A stretch of DNA of 38,078 bases from Octopus bimaculoides (Eukaryota), in contig NC_068989.1 in the NCBI RefSeq assembly GCF_001194135.2, positions 67,695,100 through 67,733,177 of the forward strand, written 5' to 3'. Below, one piece after another: positions 1-9,445 of the stretch; within the stretch, counting starts at the first letter, position 1, and each line of letters opens with the position of its first letter. The notes under the pieces were generated by a model. That model saw only the letters and a list, made by a program, of their open reading frames with translations, searched no databases and had not been told where the DNA came from. A program made the translations under genes and the position numbers.

Positions 1-246
1 CCTGAGGAATCTGCACAAAGTAGATGTAGGAGTTTTTAAATCAAAGTTGGACCTCTTCCTATCGAGAGTCCCAGATGAACCTACCTCGCGGCAGGAGGTG
101 CAAATGAGGGTTGCTAAATCAAACTCCATTCTTCACCAAGTGCCACATATTGTAAGAGGCTCCCTGTAATAACAGTGTAGCAACACAGTGGTGCATCAGC
201 ATGGCCGCAGCTCTAAGCTGAAACTTAAGAAAAAAAAAAAAAAAAA
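1..246 (+). mobile_element. 3' end of a CR1/L2-group LINE (ORF2 C-terminus, 3' UTR, poly-A)
   Basis: Frame 2-169 reads LRNLHKVDVGVFKSKLDLFLSRVPDEPTSRQEVQMRVAKSNSILHQVPHIVRGSL*, with the FKxxLDxFLxxxPDEP motif typical of CR1-type ORF2 ends. It is followed by the stem-loop CAGC-TCTAA-GCTG (208-220) and an A-run (~230-246). Confidence 0.75.
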
Positions 247-249
247 TTA

Positions 250-416
250 TACGATGTGCTTCTTTTAGTTTCCATCTACCAAATCTACTCACAAGGCTTT
301 GGTTGGCCTGAGGCTATAGTAGAAGACACTTGCTCGAGGTGCTACGCAGTTGGACTGAACCTGGAACCATGTGGTTGTGAAGCAAGCTTCTTACCACACA
401 ACCACACCTGTGCTTA
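250..416 (-). mobile_element. tRNA-derived SINE, family A (my label), 5' portion
   Basis: Degenerate reverse complement of the head at 10582-10740 (GTGGTAAG...CTTCTACTATAGCCTC...GGATTTGGTAGA). Confidence 0.8.
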
Positions 417-431
417 AGACAGCATTAACGT

Positions 432-503
432 CTCCCTGGCAAGGAATCAAAGCCTGGTCTCTCATGTGACAGGCAGGGATATTTATCACTATACTACCGA
501 TAA
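432..503 (-). pseudogene. tRNA-Asp(GTC) pseudogene
   Basis: Minus strand reads TCGGTAGTATAGTGATAAATATCCCTGCCTGTCACATGAGAGACCAGGCTTTGATTCCTTGCCAGGGAG, colinear with the conserved eukaryotic tRNA-Asp (CTGTCAC anticodon loop). Acceptor and T stems are damaged, largely by CG>TG/CA changes. Confidence 0.75.
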
Positions 504-574
504 ATAAAAATAAATATAAACAAATGGAAAAAGGCTTATATATTTAGCTTGTTCTAGACACACCTCACTCCATT

Positions 575-795
575 CATTATCATCATCACTTGATATCTGC
601 TTTGACTTGGTTTCTATGGTTAGATGCCCTTCCTAAAGCTAACCACTCCACAGAGTGTACCAGGTGTCTTTTATGTGTCACTCACACAGGTGCCTTTTAC
701 ATGTCACCAGTACAGATGCCTCTTACATGTCACTGGCATTGGTGCCTTATATTTGTCACTGGTACAGGGGCTTTTTATATGTCACTGGCACTGGC
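575..795 (-). mobile_element. SINE family B (my label) fragment containing a 26-bp x5 degenerate minisatellite (660-789)
   Basis: GATGCCCTTCCTAA and CCACTCCACAGAGTG match family B on the reverse strand. Units resembling ACAGGTGCCTTTTACATGTCACTGGC start at 660, 686, 712, 738 and 764. Confidence 0.7.
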
Positions 796-859
796 CACAA
801 GTTGGGCTTACTTTTATACATACTTATGTATGTATGAATAAGTGTATATACATATATAT

Positions 860-995
860 GATCAGCATTTAGCATCTGTTGTCCATGCTGGCATGGGTTG
901 GATGGTTTAACTAGGCCAGGCAAGCTGGAAAGCTGCATCAAACTCCAGTCTGATTTGGCATGGTTTCTATGGCTGGATGCCCTTCCTAACATGAT
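860..995 (-). mobile_element. SINE family B, 3' part
   Basis: Reverse complement of TTAGGAAGGGCATCCAGC...CCAACCCATGCCAGCATGG, shared with 5321-5487 and 12258-12412. Confidence 0.75.
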
Positions 996-1130
996 GGGTG
1001 TTCATTAAAGATTCCTCTGATCCATTTCTGGTTATGGCAGGAAATGGAACTTGTACAGGTACAATCATACGTCTCCACATGTTACATTGTAAATTGCAGC
1101 TTTCCACTAGTATTCCTTTGTCTTTTATGG

Positions 1131-2090
1131 CTGGTGTTATAATTGAGGCAGTTGAATGTAGATCAGTGATTAGGTTCTTAAACTTGAAAGGTCATACACC
1201 AAAAGAAACTTTCGATGAGATGAAAGAAGTTTATGGTGGCGATGCACCATCATATGATATAGTCAAGCACTGGCAACGCCAGTTCAAATGTGGTTGGACA
1301 TTGGCGGAAATTGCTCCTATTCCTGGATGACTACATTCCACCATTATTGATGACGACACCATCGTAAAGTGGAAGCTGCTATTTTGGAGAATCACCGCAT
1401 AACTATTTGGTGACTAGCCCAAGAAGTGAAGATAAGTGTAGGATCTGTGGAAAAAAAATCATTCATGACCATTTGCACATGCAGAAGTTGTTTGCAGGAT
1501 GGATTCCCTGGAAGCTCACACCTTTTCAGAAGCAGGAAAGAGTCAATTGACCCCAGGCTCTCTTGGCAATGTGCCAAGAAAACAAGGAGGACTTTTTCAG
1601 TAAACTTATCACACAGGATTAAAAAAAGGGTCCATCACTATGATCCTGAGACTAAAGTCCTGTCAAAACAATGGAAACATGACAACTCACCACCTCCAAA
1701 GAAGGCTCATGTCCAACCCTCAGCAAGCAAGGTGATGCTCAGAGTCTTTTGGGACCAGTGCATAGTGATGATGGATTTTCTGGCAAAGGGCACCACAATT
1801 AATGGGGCATATTATGCTTCTCTGCAGCAAAAATTGTGGGACACCATCAAAGTAGAGAGGTGTGACATGCTGACCAAACGAATCTGCCTCAACCAAGACA
1901 ACACCCCAGTTCACAATGTGCATGTTGCCCAGATGAAAGCACATTCCTGCAGCTATGAAATCCTACCTATTCACCATTACTCTCTCGACTTCGCACCATC
2001 CGACTTCCACCTCTTCTCAACTATGAAATCTTTTTTGAATGGGAAGCACTTTTTGGATGATGATGAACTTGTGTCAGTGACACGTGAAAA
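1131..2090 (+). mobile_element. Decayed mariner (D,D34D) transposase
   Basis: N-terminal HTH region (RSVIRFLNLKGHTPKETFDEMKEVYGGDAPSYDIVKHW), WVPHEL-like WIPWKL (~1500), HHYDPETK, KVMLRVFWD, QDN and YSLDFAPSDFHLF (YSPDLAPSD motif). Frameshifts and stops present; TIRs not recognised. Confidence 0.9.
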
Positions 2091-2093
2091 AAC

Positions 2094-2377
2094 ATTTGAG
2101 CGAGGTCGTTGCCAGTGCCACTGGTGGCACATAAAAAACACCATTTGAGCGTGGCCGTTACCAGTACTGCCTGACTGGCCCTCGTACCGGTGGCATGTAA
2201 AAGCAGTTACTACACTGTCAGAGTGGTTGGCATGAGGAAGGGCATCCGGCTGTAGAAACTCTGCCAGATCAGATTGGAACCTGGTGCAGCCATCTGGCTT
2301 GCCAGTCCTCAGTCAAATCGTCCAACCCAATCTAGCATGGAAAGCGGACATTAAATGATGATGATAATGATGACGAT
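2094..2377 (+). mobile_element. SINE family B, long copy with (GAT)n tail
   Basis: GGCAC(A/G)TAAAA repeats, GAGTGGTTGGC...GGAAGGGCATCC...TCAAATCGTCCAACCC...GGAAAGCGGACATTAAA and a GAT tail. It abuts the 3' end of the mariner. Confidence 0.85.
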
Positions 2378-2382
2378 ACATG

Positions 2383-2417
<35 letters not shown>

Positions 2418-2527
2418 ACTCATATATGTATCAGTCCACTCTGTAAGATGGTTGGTGTTAGGAAGGACATCCAGCTGTAAAAGTCATGCCAAACCAGACA
2501 GTGAAGCCTTGTGCTGTCTTCTGACTG

Positions 2528-2557
<30 letters not shown>

Positions 2558-2564
<7 letters not shown>

Positions 2565-3724
2565 AAACTAACACCTCGATCGCCATTATATACAAAGAAG
2601 CCATCTTCTCTCGCTGTTATAAATATAATCAAGTTCGGGTGTAGTAGAGAACAGCCTACTGTATTCCTCACATGACTAATTATTATTTGAAGCAGCAACT
2701 GCTTCATACCGTTCCCGCCAGAACGCAAACTGACCAATCACAGCCCTTAATAAGGTCACGTGATAGTGTTTTTCTAATACCTCTCTGGAGCCCCTATTTT
2801 GCCNNNNNNNNNNCACGTGATAGTGTTTTTCTAATACCTCTCTGGAGCCCCTATTTTGCCTTAAATATACTAAATTATACCCGGCAAATTCGTCTCGGTT
2901 CAGATCTCTTAGAGACCTGTTCTGTGTACTACACAGAGCAGCAGTTCCAGCGACCATAATCACAGCTTCGTACAACTACGACTACTACCAGCATCGCCGC
3001 CGCCAGTCAACACGACACTACGACTACCACCATCATTGCCGCCAGCGTCAACACCACTTCAACTACGAACTACAAGATTCGCCACCGACGTCGCCAACAT
3101 CGTCAACATGATTTCTATACATACACCAGCTAACCAAACAACCGCGGCACATCTCTCTTCGATTCTGTTAGTGCGATTTACCTTCGCCACAATAGACAAC
3201 AGACAAGAACTCCAGCCTGTGAGGAACATCTGTATACAGGAACCCGGCTTGGCATGGAAGCCCTAACATCATGACGAGTGATCGCGCTGCCACACACGCC
3301 TCAACTTCTTACATACAGACTGTTACTATTGTGTACTCTAAGAACTGGTAAATTCTTGTATGTGTTACTGACTCTTTTTCTATCTGCTGTATCTCACGCA
3401 TACACATACATGTATCACTTACACACACTCTTTTCTTTACACGACGGCCTGTCTTTTATTATGTTTTCATTATGTCGCATTCACACTCACACAGACATAC
3501 ATTTTAATGCTACAATAAATATTACTGTTATTCATCTTTATCGGTTGTGTTCTATTGTCTTCCTTACTGGCCATTTATGAAATCTCTATGTTATTGAAGT
3601 ATAACATATATGTATATCATTTGATATATTTTTGTGTTCGACCGTGTGACGCGTTTAAATAAAGGAGTCCTGTTTTTCCATTCGTCACCATTTCTCCTTT
3701 TCGGTTCGCACGGTCATTCTTACA
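2558..3724 (+). mobile_element. Probable solo LTR inserted in a (TA)n tract
   Basis: Starts TGTAGT and ends CTTACA (TG..CA, TGTA/TACA inverted ends), with TATATA on both sides. Contains CCAAT (~2734), CACGTG, a TATA-like TTAAATATA (~2861) and AATAAA (~3658). More CpG-rich than the flanks. Confidence 0.6.
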
Positions 3725-3844
3725 TATATATGGGAGAATTTACGAAAAAAACAACAACAGACGAGGACAGGTGGTGTAAACAACACCAGGATGTATTAGT
3801 TTACCGCGTATATGTGTATATATATCTACACTTATATATGTATA

Positions 3845-3886
3845 TCATCATCATCATCGTTTAACGTCCGCTTTCTATGCTAGCAT
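3845..3886 (-). mobile_element. SINE family B 3' tail
   Basis: (CAT)n-CGTTTAACGTCCGCTTTCTATGCTAGCAT is the reverse complement of the family B terminus. Confidence 0.7.
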
Positions 3887-4250
3887 ATTCATAGATGCAT
3901 ATGTATACATTCATACGTATAGATACCCCATCCAATTCCTTACACCCACCACCCACCCCTACCCACATACCCNNNNNNNNNNNNNNNNNNNNNNNNNNNN
4001 NNNNNNNNNNNNNNNNNNNNNNNNNNNNNNNNNNNNNNNNNNNNNNNNNNNNNNNNNNNNNNNNNNNNNNNNAAACAAGGAGAAAAAAAATTATAAATGT
4101 AGTGGTCAGCGATCTATCATGGTGATACTTATTTCAGTCATTTGACTAGAGCACTGCCATATTAAGTCTACTAACATTATACAAAAGTAAAAGGTTGACT
4201 TTTATATAATAAATAAGCATTGGTATTTCTTGATTCAAATTAACTTTTAC

Positions 4251-4369
4251 CTGAGGCAGGGATCTTGGGGAGAAATCTGGTGTAGAGACAGCTGGCTGAC
4301 TGGAATCTTTTAACATTGCATCACGGAGGGATCTTGGAGAGTTTGCATCTTCTGAATCAAGGGATGGTA
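4251..4369 (-). CDS. HAX1: HAX1-like gene, coding exon 3 (119 nt)
   Basis: Acceptor TTGTTCCTCTTATTCCAG| and donor CAG|GTAAAA. Phase 1 entry matches exon 2. Encodes (I)PSLDSEDANSPRSLRDAMLKDSSQPAVSTPDFSPRSLPQ; SLRDAMLK resembles the HAX1 motif recalled as TLRDSMLK. Confidence 0.75.
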
Positions 4370-4460
4370 CTGGAATAAGAGGAACAATTGCTTCAATAAC
4401 AGGCTGACAATGTTTTTTCTTACTCAATGGTAACAGTCTTGTTTATTATTTTTTTTATAG

Positions 4461-4680
4461 TGTAGACAAAGGACAAGGAATACTCTCTGTGACATGTTCT
4501 GAGTGCCTCAGAGATTGGGACAAAGAAGGGAGTAAGTTATCCTTGGCTGAAGTCAAGGCAAAATTCCATGTAACAGTGTGGTCTGTGTTAGATATACCAG
4601 AGGATCAGGTTGTGGTGTTAAACTGGACAACAGATCAAGTCTACCACCCAAAACGTAGTAAACATGAAGCATTCATTTAA
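4461..4680 (+). CDS. Candidate terminal coding exon of an unidentified gene, antisense within HAX1-like intron 2
   Basis: Acceptor TTATTATTTTTTTTATAG| then an open frame VDKGQGILSVTCSECLRDWDKEGSKLSLAEVKAKFHVTVWSVLDIPEDQVVVLNWTTDQVYHPKRSKHEAFI*. More GC-rich than the flanking intron. No family recognised and no upstream exon identified. Confidence 0.35.
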
Positions 4681-5320
4681 TGGAATTGTTTTTAAAAAAA
4701 TGGAATCTGGAAGTTTTTAAACATGTCAGGTGACTGAAATTCAAATTAAGTTGAAGTGAATCAATAATGAAATTAATCAAAAATTATTTCGTAATACACA
4801 CATATTTATATAATACTAGCTTAAAAGCTGCACTCTGTGTGGACTTTTAAGCTAACTCCTGTGGAGGGCTATTGGACCTGTAGCCCCAAACTAAAAAGCT
4901 AAATAGTATGACTACAATGACTATATGCCCGGTGGTGTTTGATCAGAGGTTAAAGACAGATGAGAATTAATTATGTAATGTAATCATTCTATTGTTCCAG
5001 TCCCAAGTTGAATTCCAACTGTTGGCCAATTTGTTCCAAAGTTCTTATCTCGAAGTAAAATTAATGAAGCGAATGTCATTTACCTCCCCTTGATCGCTGA
5101 TGTCATCTGACAAATGCCAACCAAAATGGCATGAATCAGCCAAGCTTTGCCTGCTAGAAATAGCAACCCAAATGCGTTTAAATCAAATCCCAATGCTGGA
5201 TATTCAAGAATCAAATCCTGGAATCATTCTGATTCGAAAAAGGTATAATATCTCTATGTAGAGCAAATGTAGGCTGAGACACAGGGGTCCCAGATGGACA
5301 GACAGAATTTCACTTTTATT

Positions 5321-5487
5321 ACACTCGGAGTGGTTGGTGTTAGGAAGGGCATCCAGCTGTAGAAACTCTGCCAAATCAGATTGGAGCCTGGTGTAGCCAT
5401 CTGGTTCACCAGTCCTCAGTCAAATCGTCCAACCCATGCTAGCATGGAAAGCGGACGTTAAACGATGATGATTATGATGATGATGAT
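5321..5487 (+). mobile_element. SINE family B 3' half, well conserved
   Basis: Near-identical to 12258-12412; ends GGAAAGCGGACGTTAAAC(GAT)n. Confidence 0.85.
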
Positions 5488-5488
5488 A

Positions 5489-6650
5489 CACTGGTCAACA
5501 AAGATTTTGCTACTGGGGTAAAAGCAAGTGTTTTAGACTAAATCGAGGATGCTGATTCCAAATCCACACTCAGAATTATTCTAGCACGTCAGGATCTTGA
5601 ATTATGCACATGCACAAGATTATAATTATACTTTTAGCTAGATATAGGCCATATTATAAAATTTGCTAAAATGAAAGCGTTCTTAATTCAAAATTAAAGA
5701 AACAACAGCAATAAAACAAACGATGAGAAAGTTCATTATTTAGTTTAGCAATGGATGGTGCTAACGTATTGTGTGCAATGCTAAATACATTAGTTTGTTC
5801 TTGGTAACTCTCAGTGGTGTTTGCACTGCTGTCACATGTGGTATGTGTATCTCTCACTCTGTGTGATTACTGTTTTAACTGTGTTCATTGTGTTAGATCA
5901 TGAATAGGAGAGACAACTTTTGTTGTCTGTGGAAAATTTGCTCCGTGTGACCAGCGGAAGAACACCGCCACCAAATTAAAAATTGCTTATAGATATTATT
6001 TTGGGTGTAAAGTTGGGGACCAAGACAAGAGGTGGGCACCTCATATATAGTGCACCGTGTGTTACACAGAGGCTGAATGGAAAACGGAAGGGAATGCCTT
6101 TTGCTGTACTAATAGTAAGGCATGAGCCAATCAATCATGTCTCTGATTGTTACTTTTGCATGACTAATACTTGAGGTTTCTAAGAGAAGACCAAAGCAAA
6201 AATTGTGTATGCAGATTGTAAGTTGGCTCTAAAACTGGTCCCACATGCCTTCGAGAACCCTGTCCCAGTTCCCCTCTCACATGCTTCACTTGAAGATCTT
6301 GACACATCACACAATGAATCCCCTTACTCTCCTATTGACAAAGAGTACGTAGGTGATTCTAAAGAAAAATGCGTCAGGCTAGTTCAATCAAGAAGATTTG
6401 AACGATTTAGTAAGAGACCTAGCATTGTCAAAGGAGAGGGCAGAAGTTTTGGGATCCAAACTACAACAATGGAATCTCCTACAGCAAGGTGCGAAAATTT
6501 CCATTTTCTGTTCCCACCACAAAGGCTTATCTGTCTTTTTCAAGCAAGAAAATAATGCTTGTTTCTGTACTGATGTTAATACACTCACGCAAAAACTAGG
6601 ACATGTGCATGTGGCTAATGAACGTTTATAGACTTGAGTAAGTTGACCGG
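5489..6650 (+). mobile_element. 5' half of a Chapaev3-like (CMC group) DNA transposon, decayed
   Basis: Starts CACTGGTCAACAAA. Frameshifted protein fragments: NFC.VCGKF...YFGCKVGDQDKRWAPH, MPFAV..RHEPINHVSDCYFC, PVPVP, LNDLVRDLALSKERAEVLGSKL, RLFID. These match the recalled Chapaev3-type N-terminal half; truncated at ~6650. Confidence 0.7.
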
Positions 6651-6722
6651 TTTAAATGCTCTCGCTGAATTTAATTGACCAAGAGTGCTTTTTAAGTGTT
6701 TATATGTAAAAGTATTACATAC

Positions 6723-6886
6723 TTTGTGTGTATTCTATGGAACCTAAATTTCTCATCACATCATTCATGTGTTGTTGCATCTCTTCCATCTGATTTTGTA
6801 CTTGTGAATCAAAGTGGTGAAATAAAGAGTCAAAGCCATTCCTTTGAGAGCCATCGTTTGAGTTGGAAAATGGATCATCTTGCCTC
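6723..6886 (-). CDS. HAX1: HAX1-like gene, coding exon 2 (164 nt)
   Basis: Acceptor TTATTCCTTATTCCTTTCACAG| and donor CAAA|GTATGT. Phase 2 in, phase 1 out. Encodes RQDDPFSNSNDGSQRNGFDSLFHHFDSQVQNQMEEMQQHMNDVMRNLGSIEYTQ, resembling the HAX1 GFDDL..DFN segment as recalled. Confidence 0.8.
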
Positions 6887-7689
6887 CTGTGAAAGGAATA
6901 AGGAATAACATACAATGAAAGCAATCTTTAAAAATTTCAAGCTGTTAGCACAATATCACACCAACATACACATACACAAACAATACATGTACACATACAC
7001 TCACCCACATATATGCATTCACTCAATCCCACATACAGAAACACACTAATCATACACACACAAACAAACAAACTTATTCCTAGATGACAGAAGAGGTGGG
7101 AGGTTGTAGACTATCATCTGGTTGTGAGAATAGGTCTTTGAAAGTTTTATGGTTGCCCCTTCCCCACCAACCTTCTCCCTTAATGTTAGAACAAATGTAT
7201 CTATCTACCTATCTATATATATATATGTATGCACACACACATACATAGTAAAAAATTGTGATAGAGCCAAATTGCCACTGACAACCGCAATATGGCAAAG
7301 AAGTTATAGGTATGGCCTTATCAACATGACCTCTAGCAGACACGCTTATATTTACTTTGTGTGCATGAAATACTATAAACAGATGTGGAGATAACAAGTT
7401 TTCTAGGAAATTCTTATGAGAGCAGCTTAGTCACCTAACATGATTCACACTTTTTCCCATACATTCTTGCAAACCTCCTCTCCAATACTCCTCTTGCCTG
7501 AGGAGCAACTACCTGTCTCTTTGGAGATACCACCAATTTATCCTCACTCTCTTCCCTAAATGTGAGTAGCCATGTAACTCCTATTCAACAAGAACCTGCT
7601 CTACTCTAAGCTCTTCCCTAACTTAACCTCTAGCTAACATAAGGACCAGTATGCCAACTGCTAGGGCTTATATACTTGCAAACTACATG

Positions 7690-8300
7690 GTGTTGGTGGC
7701 ATGAAAATAAAAAAAAAAAACACTCAGTACACACTGTAAAGTACAAATAGGGAGCACAAAGCAGTGATAAGTGAAATTGCAATGTTATCAATCCGAAAAT
7801 GCTTGATGCATGTTTGAACTGAGGAACAAGCTACTCACTGTGTATACACCTAGATCAGCTAGCAGCACCATCTATCTAGACTGTGAGATGCTAGCATTTG
7901 GGAGTAGTTATTTCCTCATCAGTTAGTGTCTGTGACTGATGAGGAAATAACTACTCCCAAATGCTAGCATCTCACAGTCTAGGTAAATGGTGCTGCAAGC
8001 TGATCTAGGTGTATACACACCATTTGTCAACAAGCGAGATATATTCTCCATGACAAAATACAGTGAGTAGCTTGTTCCCCAGTTCAAATGTGCATCAAAC
8101 ATATTCGGACTCATGATAACATAGCAATTACACTGTAAAGTGTTTGGGGTTAGGAAGAGCATCCAGCAGTAGAAATGAAGCCAAAGCAGACACTGGATCA
8201 TGTGCAGTCCTTGGGCTCAATGCACTCTTATTGAATCGTCCAGTTCATGCCAGCATGGAACATGGACATTCAATGACGAGGAGGATAATGATGGTGGAGG
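7690..8300 (+). mobile_element. SINE family B copy split by a 387-bp insertion
   Basis: Left part ...CACTCAGTACACACTGTAAAGT (to 7742); right part ACACTGTAAAGTGTTTGGGGTTAGGAAGAGCATCCAGC... (8130-8300) ending in a GAT-like tail. Confidence 0.7.
7743..8129. repeat. Foldback (long inverted repeat) insertion flanked by the 12-bp duplication ACACTGTAAAGT
   Basis: Inner arms 7839-7923 and 7935-8019 (85 bp, 3 mismatches, 11-nt loop). Outer arms 7775-7840 and 8061-8129 are more diverged. A 41-nt bulge lies at 8020-8060. The duplication is at 7731-7742 and 8130-8141. Confidence 0.9.
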
Positions 8301-8639
8301 AGTGTTGAAGTAGTAAAATCCTGCTCCCACATTGTGAGAATGGATTCTGTGAATGTCATTAATAGAACAACCTAGTCAATAGTGTTGACAAGAAGGAAAT
8401 AGAGCATGAGGACAGCTGTGAAGATGACAGAGGGCATTTTGGAAATGAAAGAGGTGATAGGTAGAACACTAAAGTAGGATAGACTGAACTACAACACATA
8501 AGGAACAAGTAGATATCTTGCAATGAGAACAAACTCAGATGAGATATTGTGACCAAATTTTCCATGTTTTTTGATGGGGGTGGGTGGCTGTGTAACAAAA
8601 GAAATTGCATGCTTCTTCTCTAATAAGCAAGAAGTCAAT

Positions 8640-8880
8640 ATTTGTATAAGGTCCATGAGGGAGAGATGAGTAAAGGACATAACTGTGAAGTTTATTGTGG
8701 AAAATGGGGTCAACTAGGGTGTGATTCCTCAGGAAAGGACATTGTTGTGTTCTATGTTGTGGAAAATGGAACAGGCCAAGATGCGATTCTTGAGGGAAGG
8801 ATATTATTGTGAAGCATATTGTGGAAAATGGAACCAGCCAGGGTGTGATTTGTGAGGAAAGGACTACATATTGAGGGGGC
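8640..8880. repeat. Degenerate 62-bp minisatellite (about 3.5-4 units)
   Basis: TTGTGGAAAATGG recurs at 8695, 8757 and 8819, each followed by similar (G/A)TG(T/C)GATT and G(A/G)AAGGA motifs. Confidence 0.8.
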
Positions 8881-9329
8881 AAAATAGTCAGTCAGGTTTC
8901 AGTTCCTCCCAACAGTGGTCAAATTAGTCATTGAGGCTGGAATGACATGTTGATAATCACTGATGTGGTGGCTACGTTTTGCTGAATCATATTCTGATAG
9001 TGCGAAAGGCATCCCTAGCTTTGCAGCATAATCATGGCTTAAATTCCCTTCTTAATGCATAAAACTTGTAATACAACTGCATCAATGCAATGAAAATCAA
9101 CACCGAGTTGCAAAGAGGCAACTTTGAGCATAAACAAGGAAAGTCAAGACACAAACTTTACCTGCTAGAAATAGCAGCCAACTCTGCTTTAAAAAGGACA
9201 CATTTGATAAGAAGGGATAGATGTATTGGATTAAAATACGGAATAGTCACGTCTGGAGTACCTTTAGCCATAAGTCTGTTTGATCAGAGATGACCTAGGG
9301 TCAAAACAACAAGAATAGTATTATTCGTT

Positions 9330-9445
9330 TTTACTCTAGGCACAAGGCCCGAAATTTTTGTGGGTGGGGACCAGTCGATAAGATCTATCCCAGTACGCGA
9401 CTGGTACTTAATTTATCAATCCCGAAAGGATAAAAGGCAAAGTCT
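9330..9445 (-). mobile_element. SINE family E (my label) fragment
   Basis: GGCACAAGGCCCGAAATT...CTGGTACTTAATTTAT...GGCAAAGTC, shared with 15051-15285 and 32531-32749. Confidence 0.75.

Noticed and set aside
985-1062. Possible next HAX1-like exon (VPVQVPFPAITRNGSEESLMNTH on the minus strand)
   Set aside because: Weak splice sites, no recognisable HAX1 motif, and it runs into a SINE.
2757-2860. 47-bp direct repeat flanking a 10-N gap
   Set aside because: Identical sequence on both sides of a minimal gap is a typical unmerged contig overlap, not a real duplication.
4146-4427. 93-aa minus-strand ORF as a standalone gene
   Set aside because: Only 4251-4369 is bounded by good splice sites; the rest is intronic read-through.
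7935-7950. CTGATGAG-GAAA as a hammerhead ribozyme core
   Set aside because: No room for stem II between CUGAUGA and GAAA; the CTGATGA on the reverse strand near 22965 also lacks the correct closing pair.
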